Source: Candidatus Eiseniibacteriota bacterium
Lineage (GTDB): Bacteria > Eisenbacteria > RBG-16-71-46
Assembly: GCA_044223005.1 (NCBI GenBank)
Contig: JBGAML010000017.1
Span: forward strand, 46,391 to 110,390
DNA: 64,000 bases
Direction: 5' to 3'
A program made the position numbers and the translations under genes. The notes beneath the pieces are model-generated. The model saw nothing but the letters and a program-made list of their open reading frames with translations. It was not told the DNA's origin and searched no databases. Below, piece after piece: positions 9,368 to 20,226 of the stretch (position 1 is its first letter; each line of letters begins with the position of its first letter).

Positions 9368-10292
9368 GCGCTGCCGCGCCGCTGGTCCGGCTCGAGGGCC
9401 TCACCCGCCGCTTCGGCGAGCTCGTCGCGGTCGACGCGCTCGCGTTCGAAGTCGCGCGCGGCGAGCTCTTCGGGCTCGTGGGGCCCGACGGCGCCGGCAA
9501 GACGACCACGCTGCGCATGCTCGCCGGCGTGCTGCGGCCCAGCGCCGGCGACGCCACGATCGCGGGCACGTCGGTCGTGCGCGACCCGGAAGCCGTGAAG
9601 CACTCGATCGCGTACATGTCGCAGCGTTTCGGTCTCTACACCGACCTCACGGTCGCCGAGAACATCGCGTTCTACGCCGACCTCTACCGGGTCCCGCGCG
9701 CGGCCCGCGCGGCCCGCATGGACCGGCTGTACGCGTTCTCCGCGCTCGGACCGTTCCGGGAAAGGCTCGCGGGGCAGCTCTCGGGCGGCATGAAGCAGAA
9801 GCTGGCGCTCTCCTGCTGCCTGGTCCACGAACCCGAACTGCTGCTGCTCGACGAGCCCACGTTCGGCGTCGACCCGATCTCGCGCCGCGATTTGTGGCTG
9901 ATCGTGCACGAGATGGTCGCGCACGGCACCACCGTGATCGTGAGTACCGCGTACCTCGACGAGGCCGAGCGCTTCGACCGGCTGGCGCTGCTGGACCGCG
10001 GGCGGACGCTGGCGATCGACACCGCGGAGCGACTCCAGCACGGCATGCCGCGGGCGATCCTCGGCGTCACCGTCGCGGACGTGCGCGCGGCGCGCGCGGT
10101 GGCCGAGGCCGTGCCGGGCGTGACGCGCGCGGCGATCTTCGGCGACCGGTTGCACCTGACCGTGGACGACGAGGCCGCGACCGGCGCGCGGGTCACCGCG
10201 GCGCTGGCCGCCGCCGGGTTCGCACCCGGCGACGTGCGGCGGATCGTGCCTTCGCTCGAGGACGTGTTCATCGAGCGCATCGCGGAGGCGCG

Positions 10293-10296
<4 letters not shown>
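9364..10296 (+). CDS. ABC transporter ATP-binding protein (YbhF N-half-like)
   Basis: GPDGAGKTT, LSGGMKQK and LLLLDEP. Confidence 0.9.
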
Positions 10297-11273
<977 letters not shown>

Positions 11274-11275
11274 GC

Positions 11276-12394
11276 ATGATCGACCGCACCCGGCTGCTCG
11301 CCGTCGTCCGCAAGGAGTTCCTGCAGCTGCGCCGCGATCCGCGCAGCATGGCGCTGTCGTTCGTGCTGCCGCTCGTGCTGCTCGTCTTCTTCGGCTACGC
11401 GATCACGTTCGACGTCAACCACATCCGCATGGCGGTGATCGACCAGGACCACGGCCGGCGCGCCCGCGACCTCGTGGACGCGTTCCGCGCTGCGGAACGC
11501 TTCGACCTCGTCCCCGCGCCCGCGGATCCGTCCGCGATCGGCCCGCTGCTCGACCGCTCGGTGGTCCGCATGGTGCTCGTGATCCCGCCCGATTTCAGCG
11601 CCGACCTCGGCGCCGGGCGCACGGCGGTCGTGCAGGCGATCGTCGACGGTGGCGACGCGAACACGGCGACCATCGCGATCGGCTACACGCAGGCGCTGGT
11701 GCAGCAGTTCTCGACCCGCCTGCTCCTGCAGGCGCGCCAGCTGCATCCACCGGTCGAGGCGAGCACCCGCGTCTGGTTCAACGAGGAGCTTTCCAGCCGC
11801 AACATGATCGTCCCCGGGCTGGTCGTGCTGATCATGATGATCATCGCCGGCCTGCTCACGTCGCTCACCATCGCGCGCGAGTGGGAACGCGGCACGATGG
11901 AGCAGCTGGCGGCGACACCCGTCACGCGCGTGGAGATCGTGCTGGGCAAGCTCGCACCCTTCCTCGTCATCGGGCTCGTCGACGTGGCGGTGACGTCGGT
12001 GGTCGGGGTCTGGCTGTTCCACGTCCCCTTCCGCGGCAACGCGCTCTTCCTGATCGGGCCCACGACGCTGTTCCTCGTCGGCACGCTCGCCATGGGGCTC
12101 GCGATCTCCGCGGTCACGCGGACGCAGCTGCTCGCCACGCAGGTCGGCATGATCGCCACGTTCCTGCCCGGGTTCCTGCTGTCGGGGTTCATGTACGCGA
12201 TCTCCAGCATGCCCCTGCCGCTGCGCGTGCTCACGTACTTCGTGCCCGCGCGCTACTTCCTGGTGGTCGTGCGCGGCGTGTTCCTCAAGGGCATCGGGCC
12301 GTGGGTGCTCTGGCCTGAGGTGCTGCTCATGGCGCTCTACGCCGCGCTCATGCTGGTCCTGGCCGTGCGCGCGTTCCGCAAGGAGCTCACGTGA
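11276..12394 (+). CDS. ABC-2 permease (YbhS-like)
   Basis: RKEFLQLRRDP, AREWERGTMEQL and LLSGF, with six-TM layout. Confidence 0.9.
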   Translation: MIDRTRLLAVVRKEFLQLRRDPRSMALSFVLPLVLLVFFGYAITFDVNHIRMAVIDQDHGRRARDLVDAFRAAERFDLVPAPADPSAIGPLLDRSVVRMVLVIPPDFSADLGAGRTAVVQAIVDGGDANTATIAIGYTQALVQQFSTRLLLQARQLHPPVEASTRVWFNEELSSRNMIVPGLVVLIMMIIAGLLTSLTIAREWERGTMEQLAATPVTRVEIVLGKLAPFLVIGLVDVAVTSVVGVWLFHVPFRGNALFLIGPTTLFLVGTLAMGLAISAVTRTQLLATQVGMIATFLPGFLLSGFMYAISSMPLPLRVLTYFVPARYFLVVVRGVFLKGIGPWVLWPEVLLMALYAALMLVLAVRAFRKELT

Positions 12395-13506
12395 TGTCGC
12401 ACCCGAGTCTCGAGCGCATCGGCGAGCTCGTCCGCAAGGAGCTCATCCAGGTCGTGCGCGACCCGCGGCTGCTGCGGCTCGTGATCGTGGCGCCGATCCT
12501 GCAGCTGCTGGCGTTCGGCTACGCCGTGTCGACCGACGTGCGCGACACGCCGACATTCGTCGTGGACCTCGACCATACGGCCGCGGCGCGCGACCTCACC
12601 GCGACGATGTTCTCGACCGGCTACTTCCGCCCCGCCGGCACGTCGGACCGGCCGCGCGACCTCGTCGGGGCGATCGACCGCGGCCAGGCTTCGGTGGGCC
12701 TCGTGATCCCGCGCGGCTTCGCGCGCGACCTCGCCCGCGGCGGCGCACAGGTGCAGGTCGTTCTCGACGGCACCAGCTCCAACACCGCGACGATCGCGAT
12801 GGGCTACTCGCAGCGCATCGTGCAGGCGTGGGGACTCGCGCGGGCGGGGGTGGCGTACCGGCTGCCCGTCGAGTTGCGAGAGCGCGCCTGGTTCAACCCC
12901 GACCTCTCGTCGCGCGACTACAACGTGCCCGCCGTGATCGGCAACGTGCTCATGATCCTGAGCCTCATGCTCACCGCGCTCGCCGTGGTCCGCGAGCGCG
13001 AACTGGGCACGCTCGAACAGCTCATGGTGAGCCCGCTCACCCCGGGCGAGCTCATCATCGGCAAGACGCTGCCGTTCGCGCTGCTCTGCATGCTCGACCT
13101 GCTGCTCATCACGACGGTGGCGCTGGCCTGGTTCCGGGTGCCGTTCCACGGCAACTTCGCGCTGCTGCTGCTCGCGGGCCTGCTCTACCTGGTCTGCATG
13201 CTGGGGCTCGGGCTGCTGATCTCGACCCTGGCGAAGACGCAGCAGGAAGCCGTGCTCACGATCTTCCTCTTCATCATGCCGCTCATGCTGCTCTCGGGAT
13301 TCATGTTCCCGGTGGCCAGCATGCCCGCCGGATTCCGGTACCTGACGCTCTTCAATCCGCTGCGGCACTTCCTCGAGATCGTGCGCGCGATCTTCCTCAA
13401 GGGCGCCGGTCTCGGCGCGCTCTGGCCGCAGTTCCTCGCGCTCGTCCTGCTCGGCGCCACGACGCTGGCGCTCGCCGGGCGGCGCTTCCGCAAGACGGCC
13501 GCGTGA
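12394..13506 (+). CDS. ABC-2 permease (YbhR-like)
   Basis: RKELIQVVRDP, WFNP, VRERELGTLEQL and LSGFMFP. Confidence 0.9.
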   Translation: MSHPSLERIGELVRKELIQVVRDPRLLRLVIVAPILQLLAFGYAVSTDVRDTPTFVVDLDHTAAARDLTATMFSTGYFRPAGTSDRPRDLVGAIDRGQASVGLVIPRGFARDLARGGAQVQVVLDGTSSNTATIAMGYSQRIVQAWGLARAGVAYRLPVELRERAWFNPDLSSRDYNVPAVIGNVLMILSLMLTALAVVRERELGTLEQLMVSPLTPGELIIGKTLPFALLCMLDLLLITTVALAWFRVPFHGNFALLLLAGLLYLVCMLGLGLLISTLAKTQQEAVLTIFLFIMPLMLLSGFMFPVASMPAGFRYLTLFNPLRHFLEIVRAIFLKGAGLGALWPQFLALVLLGATTLALAGRRFRKTAA

Positions 13507-13619
13507 CGCCCGGCGCGCCGGAACGTCCTCGCCCGGCCGCACCCTGACGCGGCGCGCCGGTCGCGACGGACGCGCCCCGGGAGCGGCGGAACCCCGCGCT
13601 CCCGCGGGCGCGCGATGCG

Positions 13620-13649
13620 TTTACCGGGGCCGCCGGGGCGGGCTATACT
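13620..13649 (+). promoter_or_regulatory. sigma70-type promoter of fba-fbp
   Basis: TTTACC-18 bp-TATACT. Confidence 0.55.
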
Positions 13650-13744
13650 GCGGCGGCATCTGTGCTGCACCACTCACACTTTCCGATGCGTTCCCGCGCG
13701 CCGGCCGGAGGCTCTCGCGGCGGGACGCTGTGCCGAGGAATCCC

Positions 13745-15145
13745 ATGAATCTCGAACTGAAGACCCTCGACGAAGTCCGCCAGGCGACGGCGGTGCTCGC
13801 CACCGGAAACGGCGACGCCCTCGACCGCCTCGTGTGGACCGGCGTGTTCGGCACCGGCGAGGTGCGCGACGTCGCGCGCCAGTCCGTGCTCGACCAGTGC
13901 AAGAGCGTCGGGATCTACCCCGCCTCGATCCACGACCTCTACATGGCCCGCGGCCGTGGCGAGGTGCCGGCGACCTTCACCGTGCCGGCCATCAATATCC
14001 GCGGCATCGCGTACGACACCGCCCGCGCGCTCTTCCGCGCCCGCAAGGCGCTCGACGCGGGCGCCGTGCTGATCGAGATCGCTCGCTCGGAGATGACCTA
14101 CACCGACCAGCGCCCGACCGAGTACGTGTTCGTGCTCCTCGCGGCCGCGCTGCGCGAAGGCTGGAAGGGCCCGGTGTTCGTGCAGGGCGACCACTTCCAG
14201 ATCAACGCCAAGAAGTACGCCGCCGATCCGGCCGCCGAGAAGAAGACGGTGACCGACCTCGCCGCCGAGGCGATCGCGGCCGGCTTCTACAACATCGACG
14301 TCGACACGTCGACGCTGGTCGAGCTGGAGAAGCCCACGCACCGCGAGCAGCAGCAGCTCAACGGTACGATCTGCGCCGAGATCACCGCGTTCATCCGCAA
14401 GCACGAGCCCAAGGGCGTGCACGTGTCGGTGGGCGGCGAGATCGGTGAGGTCGGCGGCCGCAACTCCACCGCCGAAGAGCTCGAGGCGTTCGTCGAGATC
14501 TTCAACGCCAAGCTCGCCCAACTCGCCCCCGGCGCGCCCGGCATGAGCAAGATCTCGATCCAGACCGGCACGAGCCACGGCGGCGTGCCGCTGCCGGACG
14601 GCACGATCGCCAAGGTCAAGCTCGACTTCGACACGCTCGAGAACCTGAGCAAGCTCTCGACCCAGAAGTACGGCTTCGCCGGCACCGTGCAGCACGGCGC
14701 CTCGACGCTGCCGTCGGAGCTGTTCGGCGAGTTCCCGAAGCGGTTCGCGTGCGAGATCCATCTCGCGACCGAGTTCCAGAACATGATCTTCGACCACCCG
14801 AAGTTCCCGGCCGAGCTGAAGAACCGCATCTACGACGACCTGCGCGTCTCCGCGGCCGGCGAGCGCAAGGCCGGCGACACCGAGGAGCAGTTCCTCTACA
14901 AGGCGCGCAAGAAGGCACTCGGCGCGTTCAAGAAGGAGCTGTGGTCGCTGCCCGCGGACGTGCGCGGAGCGATCGGCCAGTCGCTCGAGGAACGCTTCAC
15001 GTTCCTGCTCAAGCAGCTCAAGGCGGACGGCACGCGTGCCGTGGCCGAGAAGTACGCGCCGTTCGTGCCGGGCTCGTTCCCGAGCGCCACGCCGAACGTC
15101 GCCGTCGTCAGTGGACCCGAGGACGTGACCGGACTCTCCGACTGA
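13745..15145 (+). CDS. fba: Class II fructose-bisphosphate aldolase family protein (long form)
   Basis: VPAIN, QGDH, GEIGEVG, GTSHGG and VQHGAS motifs. GAGGA RBS. Adjacent to fbp. Confidence 0.8.
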   Translation: MNLELKTLDEVRQATAVLATGNGDALDRLVWTGVFGTGEVRDVARQSVLDQCKSVGIYPASIHDLYMARGRGEVPATFTVPAINIRGIAYDTARALFRARKALDAGAVLIEIARSEMTYTDQRPTEYVFVLLAAALREGWKGPVFVQGDHFQINAKKYAADPAAEKKTVTDLAAEAIAAGFYNIDVDTSTLVELEKPTHREQQQLNGTICAEITAFIRKHEPKGVHVSVGGEIGEVGGRNSTAEELEAFVEIFNAKLAQLAPGAPGMSKISIQTGTSHGGVPLPDGTIAKVKLDFDTLENLSKLSTQKYGFAGTVQHGASTLPSELFGEFPKRFACEIHLATEFQNMIFDHPKFPAELKNRIYDDLRVSAAGERKAGDTEEQFLYKARKKALGAFKKELWSLPADVRGAIGQSLEERFTFLLKQLKADGTRAVAEKYAPFVPGSFPSATPNVAVVSGPEDVTGLSD

Positions 15146-15162
15146 GAGCGGAAAGGAGCCCC

Positions 15163-16194
15163 ATGATCGATCGCGCCGTCACATTGTCCCAGTTCGTGCT
15201 TCAGCAGGAACGGGATCACCCCGAAGCGAGTGGCGAGTTCACGAGCGTCCTGCTCGACATCGCGCTGGCCGCCAAGATGATCAACAAGGCGGTCGTGCGG
15301 GCCGGGCTGGTCGACGTGCTCGGCGCGACGGGCACCACCAACGTCCAGGGCGAACGCGTCCAGAAGCTCGACGTGTTCGCGCACGAGACGATCATGATGG
15401 TGCTCGGCTCCACGGGCCAGCTGGCCGTGGTGGCTTCGGAGGAGGACGAGGGCATCGTCCCGATGCCCGACGGCGCGCCGATCGGCAAGTACGTGGTGAA
15501 CTTCGACCCGCTCGACGGCTCGTCGAACATCGACGCGAACGTCAACATCGGGACGATCTTCTCCATCCTGCCGCGCATCTCGCGCAAGGGGCACGGTACG
15601 GTCGAGGACTGCCTGCAGGCGGGCCGGCGCCAATTGTGCGCCGGCTACGTCCTCTACGGCACCACGACGATGCTCGTCTACACGACCGGCGACGGCGTGC
15701 ACGGGTTCACGTTCGAGCCCAGCATCGGCGAGTTCCTGCTCTCGCACCCGAACATCCGCACGCCCTCGCGCGGACGGATCTACAGCGTGAACGAGGGCAA
15801 CTACGGCAAGTGGTCCGACGGCATGAAGCGCTACGTCGACTGGCTCAAGCAGGAAGACAAGGCGACAGGCCGGCCGTACAGCGGACGCTACGTCGGCTCG
15901 CTGGTCGCGGACTTCCACCGCAACCTGCTCTACGGGGGCATCTACCTCTACCCCGGCGACGGCAAGAACCCGAACGGCAAGCTGCGCCTGCTCTACGAGT
16001 GCGCGCCGCTGGCGTTCATCGCCGAGCAGGCGGGCGGCGCGGCGAGCAACGGCTCACGGCGCATCATGGATCTCGCGCCCGAGTCGCTGCACCAGCGTTC
16101 GCCGATCTTCATCGGCAGCCCCGAAGACGTGAAGGATTGCGAGCAGTTCCTCGCCGGGCGGCACGAGGCGGTCACCAGCGAGCGCCGCGCGTAG
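15163..16194 (+). CDS. fbp: Fructose-1,6-bisphosphatase class 1
   Basis: NVQGE.VQKLD, SEE, FDPLDGSSN, RYVGSLVADFHR and GKLRLLYE. Confidence 0.95.
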   Translation: MIDRAVTLSQFVLQQERDHPEASGEFTSVLLDIALAAKMINKAVVRAGLVDVLGATGTTNVQGERVQKLDVFAHETIMMVLGSTGQLAVVASEEDEGIVPMPDGAPIGKYVVNFDPLDGSSNIDANVNIGTIFSILPRISRKGHGTVEDCLQAGRRQLCAGYVLYGTTTMLVYTTGDGVHGFTFEPSIGEFLLSHPNIRTPSRGRIYSVNEGNYGKWSDGMKRYVDWLKQEDKATGRPYSGRYVGSLVADFHRNLLYGGIYLYPGDGKNPNGKLRLLYECAPLAFIAEQAGGAASNGSRRIMDLAPESLHQRSPIFIGSPEDVKDCEQFLAGRHEAVTSERRA

Positions 16195-16214
16195 CACCCA
16201 AGCCGCAAACGTCA

Positions 16215-16252
16215 CGACGGCCCGCCGCGCTCGCGGCGGGCCGTCGCGTTTT
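16215..16252 (+). terminator. Intrinsic terminator after fbp
   Basis: 14-bp stem CGACGGCCCGCCGC/GCGGCGGGCCGTCG with 4-nt loop, followed by CGTTTT. Confidence 0.7.
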
Positions 16253-16545
16253 CGCCCCGGGAAACGCAGGCGCGGCGGGCGTGGCCGGCGGGCGTCCGGG
16301 GTGCTAGCGTTGTGGACGTGAGGCGCAGGCGCGGCGCCCGGTCGTGGCAGGACGATCTCCCGCACGGGGCCGCGTCGCCCGGAGGGTGCGGCGAGCCGCC
16401 CCGTGGCCGCGAGGTGCGGCCCGCCACCCGGCGGTGATCCGCTGCCGGCATCGCCCCCTCCCCGCGCGCGTTCGCGTGCACTCGTCCGCCTCGCCGGCCG
16501 CGGGCCGTCGCTTCGCCGCCTCGCGCGGAAAGGAGGCGAGAGCCC

Positions 16546-17238
16546 ATGTCGACCGATCCCCGGAACTCCCGGGGCGCGGCTCCGTATCTCGTCGCGTTCG
16601 CCGTGCTGGCGCTGCTGGCCGGTGCGATCGCCGGCGAGGCGCGACCGAAGCGGCGGCCGCCGACCCCGGCCCCCGTCACGGATTCGACGCTCGCACTGCC
16701 CGACCCCGACGTGCGGGACACGCCCGCCAATCTCCAGCTCCTGTTCGCCGTCGAAGTGAACGCGCAGGCCCGCTACCAGGCCTTCGCGCAACAGGCCGTG
16801 GTGGAACATCGCGACTCGCTCGCAGCGCTCTTCCGCGCGTGTGCCGTCGCGGAATCGGTGCACGCGAAGCGCCACGTCGAGGCGATCGCCACCACCGGCG
16901 CGCCCGCGCGCGCGGTGCTGGAGAAGCTCGCGGTCGGTACCACCGACGCCAACCTCGAGACCGCGCTGGCGCACGAACGCTGGGAGGTCGAACGGCTCTA
17001 TCCCGCGATGCGCGACCGGGCGCGGGCGCAGGGCCACGCCATGGCGGTTCGCAGCACCACCTACGCCCTGGCGGCCGAGCGCGGCCACCTCGCGCTGCTC
17101 GAGGCCGCGAAGGCGGGGCGTCTGCCGGCGAACGGCTACTGGGTCTGTGGCGGCTGCGGCCGCACGGTCACCGAAGCGCCGCGCGGCCACTGCCCGACCT
17201 GCTTCGCCAACGCGCGCCGGTTCGTGCACACGAGTTGA
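16546..17238 (+). CDS. rbr: Rubrerythrin family protein with N-terminal signal/anchor
   Basis: Di-iron E...ESVH...E..E...ERGH, C-terminal CGGC...CPTC, hydrophobic N-terminus. AAGGAGG RBS. Confidence 0.82.
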   Translation: MSTDPRNSRGAAPYLVAFAVLALLAGAIAGEARPKRRPPTPAPVTDSTLALPDPDVRDTPANLQLLFAVEVNAQARYQAFAQQAVVEHRDSLAALFRACAVAESVHAKRHVEAIATTGAPARAVLEKLAVGTTDANLETALAHERWEVERLYPAMRDRARAQGHAMAVRSTTYALAAERGHLALLEAAKAGRLPANGYWVCGGCGRTVTEAPRGHCPTCFANARRFVHTS

Positions 17239-17288
17239 CCCACCGGCGGCGCGGCCGAGCGCCGAGCCGCCGTGACCGGAGGCTTGCC

Positions 17289-17825
17289 ATGTTGCTCTCC
17301 TTCTGGCCATCGCTGCCGGGGTGGGACGGACTCCACCCCGCGCTGACCCACTTCCCCGTCGCGCTGCTGTTCGTGGCGCCGCTGCTGGTGCTGGCCTGCG
17401 GCATCGCCAGCGCGCTGGGCCGGCCCGCGTGGCGCCCCTGGGCCGACGCGGCGCTCGTCGTGCTCGCGCTCGGCGCGCTGTCGGCGTGGCTTGCCGCCGG
17501 CAGCGGGCACGCCGCGGCGCAACTCGTCGATCACGGCGGCGCGCTCGCGGCCCCGATCGCGCGACACGAGCGGCTGGGCGTCGCGACGCGTGACTTGTTC
17601 ACGCTGCTCGCGCTCGCATGGGCGGTGATCGCGCTGCTGCCGTGGCTGCGGCGCGAGCAGGCGCCGCGCGCGGTGCGGATCGCGCTCCACGCGGTCTTCC
17701 TCGTCGCGCTCGTGGCCGGGCTCGGACGGCTCGCACGCACGGCGGACGCCGGCGGACGGCTGGTGCACGAGCGCGGCGTGCAGGCGATGGTGGCGTCGGT
17801 CCCGGCGCCGCCGCCGGCGCACTGA
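17289..17825 (+). CDS. DUF2231-like membrane protein
   Basis: LHPALTHFPVALL, four TMs, RHE and GGRLVH. GGAGG RBS. Confidence 0.75.
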   Translation: MLLSFWPSLPGWDGLHPALTHFPVALLFVAPLLVLACGIASALGRPAWRPWADAALVVLALGALSAWLAAGSGHAAAQLVDHGGALAAPIARHERLGVATRDLFTLLALAWAVIALLPWLRREQAPRAVRIALHAVFLVALVAGLGRLARTADAGGRLVHERGVQAMVASVPAPPPAH

Positions 17826-18017
17826 AGCTCACCGGTTCGATGCGGGACGCCGCGCTGCGGCGCCCCGCGCCGGCGCATCGCCGTTCACCCCCGCCGAACG
17901 CCCGGGCGACCGCTCGGCGGCCCACTGGCCGCGTTCGTGACCGGGTGCGTTGCACCGGCGGGCGCGCATCTGAGAGGCTCCGCGCGGTTGCGATCGTCCC
18001 CTTTCCCGGAGACCCCG

Positions 18018-20120
18018 ATGCGAACCTTTCTCGCGCTCGTCGCGCTCACGGCCGCCATGTCCACTGCATCACATGCCGCACCGCCTCCCGACGATTCCGC
18101 CCTCTGGCTCGAGGACGTGACCGGGGCCCGTGCCCTCGACTGGGTGCACCAGCAGGATAGCGTGTCGACGCAGATGATCTCGCACTCCGCCGGCTTCGAG
18201 GACATGCGGGGCAAGTTCCTCGAGATCCTCGATTCCAATGCGCGCATTCCCGCGGTCACCAAATACGGCGACCTCTACTACAACTTCTGGCGCGACCGGC
18301 AGCACCCGCGCGGCCTCTGGCGCCGCACGACGCTCGACGAGTACAAGAAGGCGGAGCCGGCGTGGGAGACGGTGCTCGACCTCGACGCGCTCTCGGCGTC
18401 CGAGAAGGAGAACTGGGTCTGGGGCGGCGCCGACGTCCTGCCGCCCGCCGACGTCCGCTGCCTGATCTCGCTCTCGCGCGGCGGCGCCGACGCGCACGTG
18501 ATCCGCGAGTTCGACCTGTCGACCAAGTCGTTCGTCGAGGGCGGCTTCGAGCTGCCCGAGTCGAAGAGCGACGTCAACTGGATCGACCAGGACCACGTCT
18601 ACGTGGGCGTCGCGTTCGACGCCTCCACGGTCACGACGTCCGGGTACCCGCGGACGATCAAGCTCTGGACGCGCGGCACGCCCGTCGCCTCGGCGACGCC
18701 CGTGTACGAGGGGCAGGCGAACGACGTCTCGATCAACGCCTTCCACACGTTCACGCCCGGCTTCGAGCGTGACTTCGTTCAGCGCAGCATGTCGTTCTAC
18801 ACGAACGTCGTCTTCCTCGTCCGCGACGGCAAGCTCGTGAAGGTCGAAAAGCCCGAGGACGTCGACCTGAGCACGTTCCGCGAGTGGTTCCTGTTCCAGC
18901 CGCGCAAGGCGTGGACGCTGGGCGGCCACACGTGGCCCGGCGGCTCGCTCCTGGCCGCGAAGGCCGACGACTGGATGGCCGGCAAGCACGAACTGCAGGC
19001 GGTCTTCACGCCCACTGCGCGCGTGTCGCTGGACGGCACCAGCGCGACGAAGAACACGCTGCTGCTGCACCTGCTCGACAACGTGCGCAGCCGGATCGAA
19101 GTGGTGAAGTTCGAGAACGGCCAGTGGACGCACGCGGCGCTACCCGGCCTGCCCGAGTTCGGCACGATCTCCGCGGGCGCCGTGGACCGCTTCGAATCGG
19201 ACGACTACTGGCTCACGATCACCGACTTCCTCACCCCCAGCAGCCTGCTGATGGGCAGCGTGGGCGGCGGGCCGGCCGAGAAGCTCAAGCAGTCGCCGGC
19301 GTTCTTCGACGCGTCGAACGCCGTCGTGACGCAGCACGAGGCCGTGAGCAAGGACGGCACGAAGATTCCCTACTTCGAGGTCGCGCCGAAGAACCTCAAG
19401 CTCGACGGCACCGCGCCGACGATGCTGACCGGTTACGGCGGCTTCGAGGTCTCCGAGCTGCCCTACTACAGCGGCGTGCAGGGCAAGGGCTGGATCGAGC
19501 GCGGCGGCGTGATGGTCGTGGCGAACATCCGCGGCGGCGGCGAGTTCGGGCCGTCGTGGCACGAGGCCGGCGTGAAGGCCAACCGCCACCACTGCTACGA
19601 GGACTTCATCGCCGTCGGCGAGGACCTCGTGAAGCGCAAGGTGACGAGCCCCGCGCACCTCGGCTGCATCGGCGGCTCGAACGGCGGCCTGCTCGTGGGC
19701 AACATGCTCACCATGCGCCCCGACCTCTTCGGCGCCGTCGTCTGCGAGGCCCCTCTGCTCGACATGCAGCGCTACCACAAGCTGCTCGCGGGCGCGTCGT
19801 GGATGGGCGAGTACGGCAATCCGGACGACCCGAAGGAGTGGGCGTTCATCCGCGAGTTCTCGCCGTACCACAACCTGAAGAAGGAGACGAAGTACCCGCC
19901 GGTGCTCTTCACGAGCTCGACGCGCGACGACCGCGTACACCCGGGTCACGCGCGCCGCATGGTGTACAGGATGCTCGCGCAGGGACACGAGAACGTCTGG
20001 TACTACGAGAACGTCGAGGGCGGCCACGCCGGCGCGGCGAACAACCCGCAGCGCGCGTTCATGTCGGCGCTCGCCTACCAGTTCCTGTGGGACCACCTGT
20101 CGCGGCCGCTGGTGCCCTGA
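18018..20120 (+). CDS. Secreted prolyl oligopeptidase (S9A)
   Basis: Signal peptide. YGGF, NIRGGGE, GGSNGGLL (Ser), DDRV (Asp) and GGH (His). Confidence 0.93.
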   Translation: MRTFLALVALTAAMSTASHAAPPPDDSALWLEDVTGARALDWVHQQDSVSTQMISHSAGFEDMRGKFLEILDSNARIPAVTKYGDLYYNFWRDRQHPRGLWRRTTLDEYKKAEPAWETVLDLDALSASEKENWVWGGADVLPPADVRCLISLSRGGADAHVIREFDLSTKSFVEGGFELPESKSDVNWIDQDHVYVGVAFDASTVTTSGYPRTIKLWTRGTPVASATPVYEGQANDVSINAFHTFTPGFERDFVQRSMSFYTNVVFLVRDGKLVKVEKPEDVDLSTFREWFLFQPRKAWTLGGHTWPGGSLLAAKADDWMAGKHELQAVFTPTARVSLDGTSATKNTLLLHLLDNVRSRIEVVKFENGQWTHAALPGLPEFGTISAGAVDRFESDDYWLTITDFLTPSSLLMGSVGGGPAEKLKQSPAFFDASNAVVTQHEAVSKDGTKIPYFEVAPKNLKLDGTAPTMLTGYGGFEVSELPYYSGVQGKGWIERGGVMVVANIRGGGEFGPSWHEAGVKANRHHCYEDFIAVGEDLVKRKVTSPAHLGCIGGSNGGLLVGNMLTMRPDLFGAVVCEAPLLDMQRYHKLLAGASWMGEYGNPDDPKEWAFIREFSPYHNLKKETKYPPVLFTSSTRDDRVHPGHARRMVYRMLAQGHENVWYYENVEGGHAGAANNPQRAFMSALAYQFLWDHLSRPLVP

Positions 20121-20147
20121 AGGTACGCGTCGCGAACCGGAAGCACG

Positions 20148-20177
20148 CGGCGGGCGGGGCCTCGGCTCCGCCCGCCG
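20148..20177. terminator. Hairpin between convergent genes
   Basis: CGGCGGGCGGGGC-ctcg-GCTCCGCCCGCCG. Confidence 0.5.
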
Positions 20178-20226
20178 TTCGCTTGCAGCGTCACGCGAGG
20201 GTGACCACGCAACGCGTTGCCGTGCA

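Noticed and set aside
16312..16437. 41-codon ORF in the rubrerythrin leader
   Set aside because: No RBS, low-complexity Arg/Pro/Gly product, and it starts immediately after the putative -10.
16546..16670. Tat signal on the rubrerythrin
   Set aside because: The KRR lies after the hydrophobic region, not before it.
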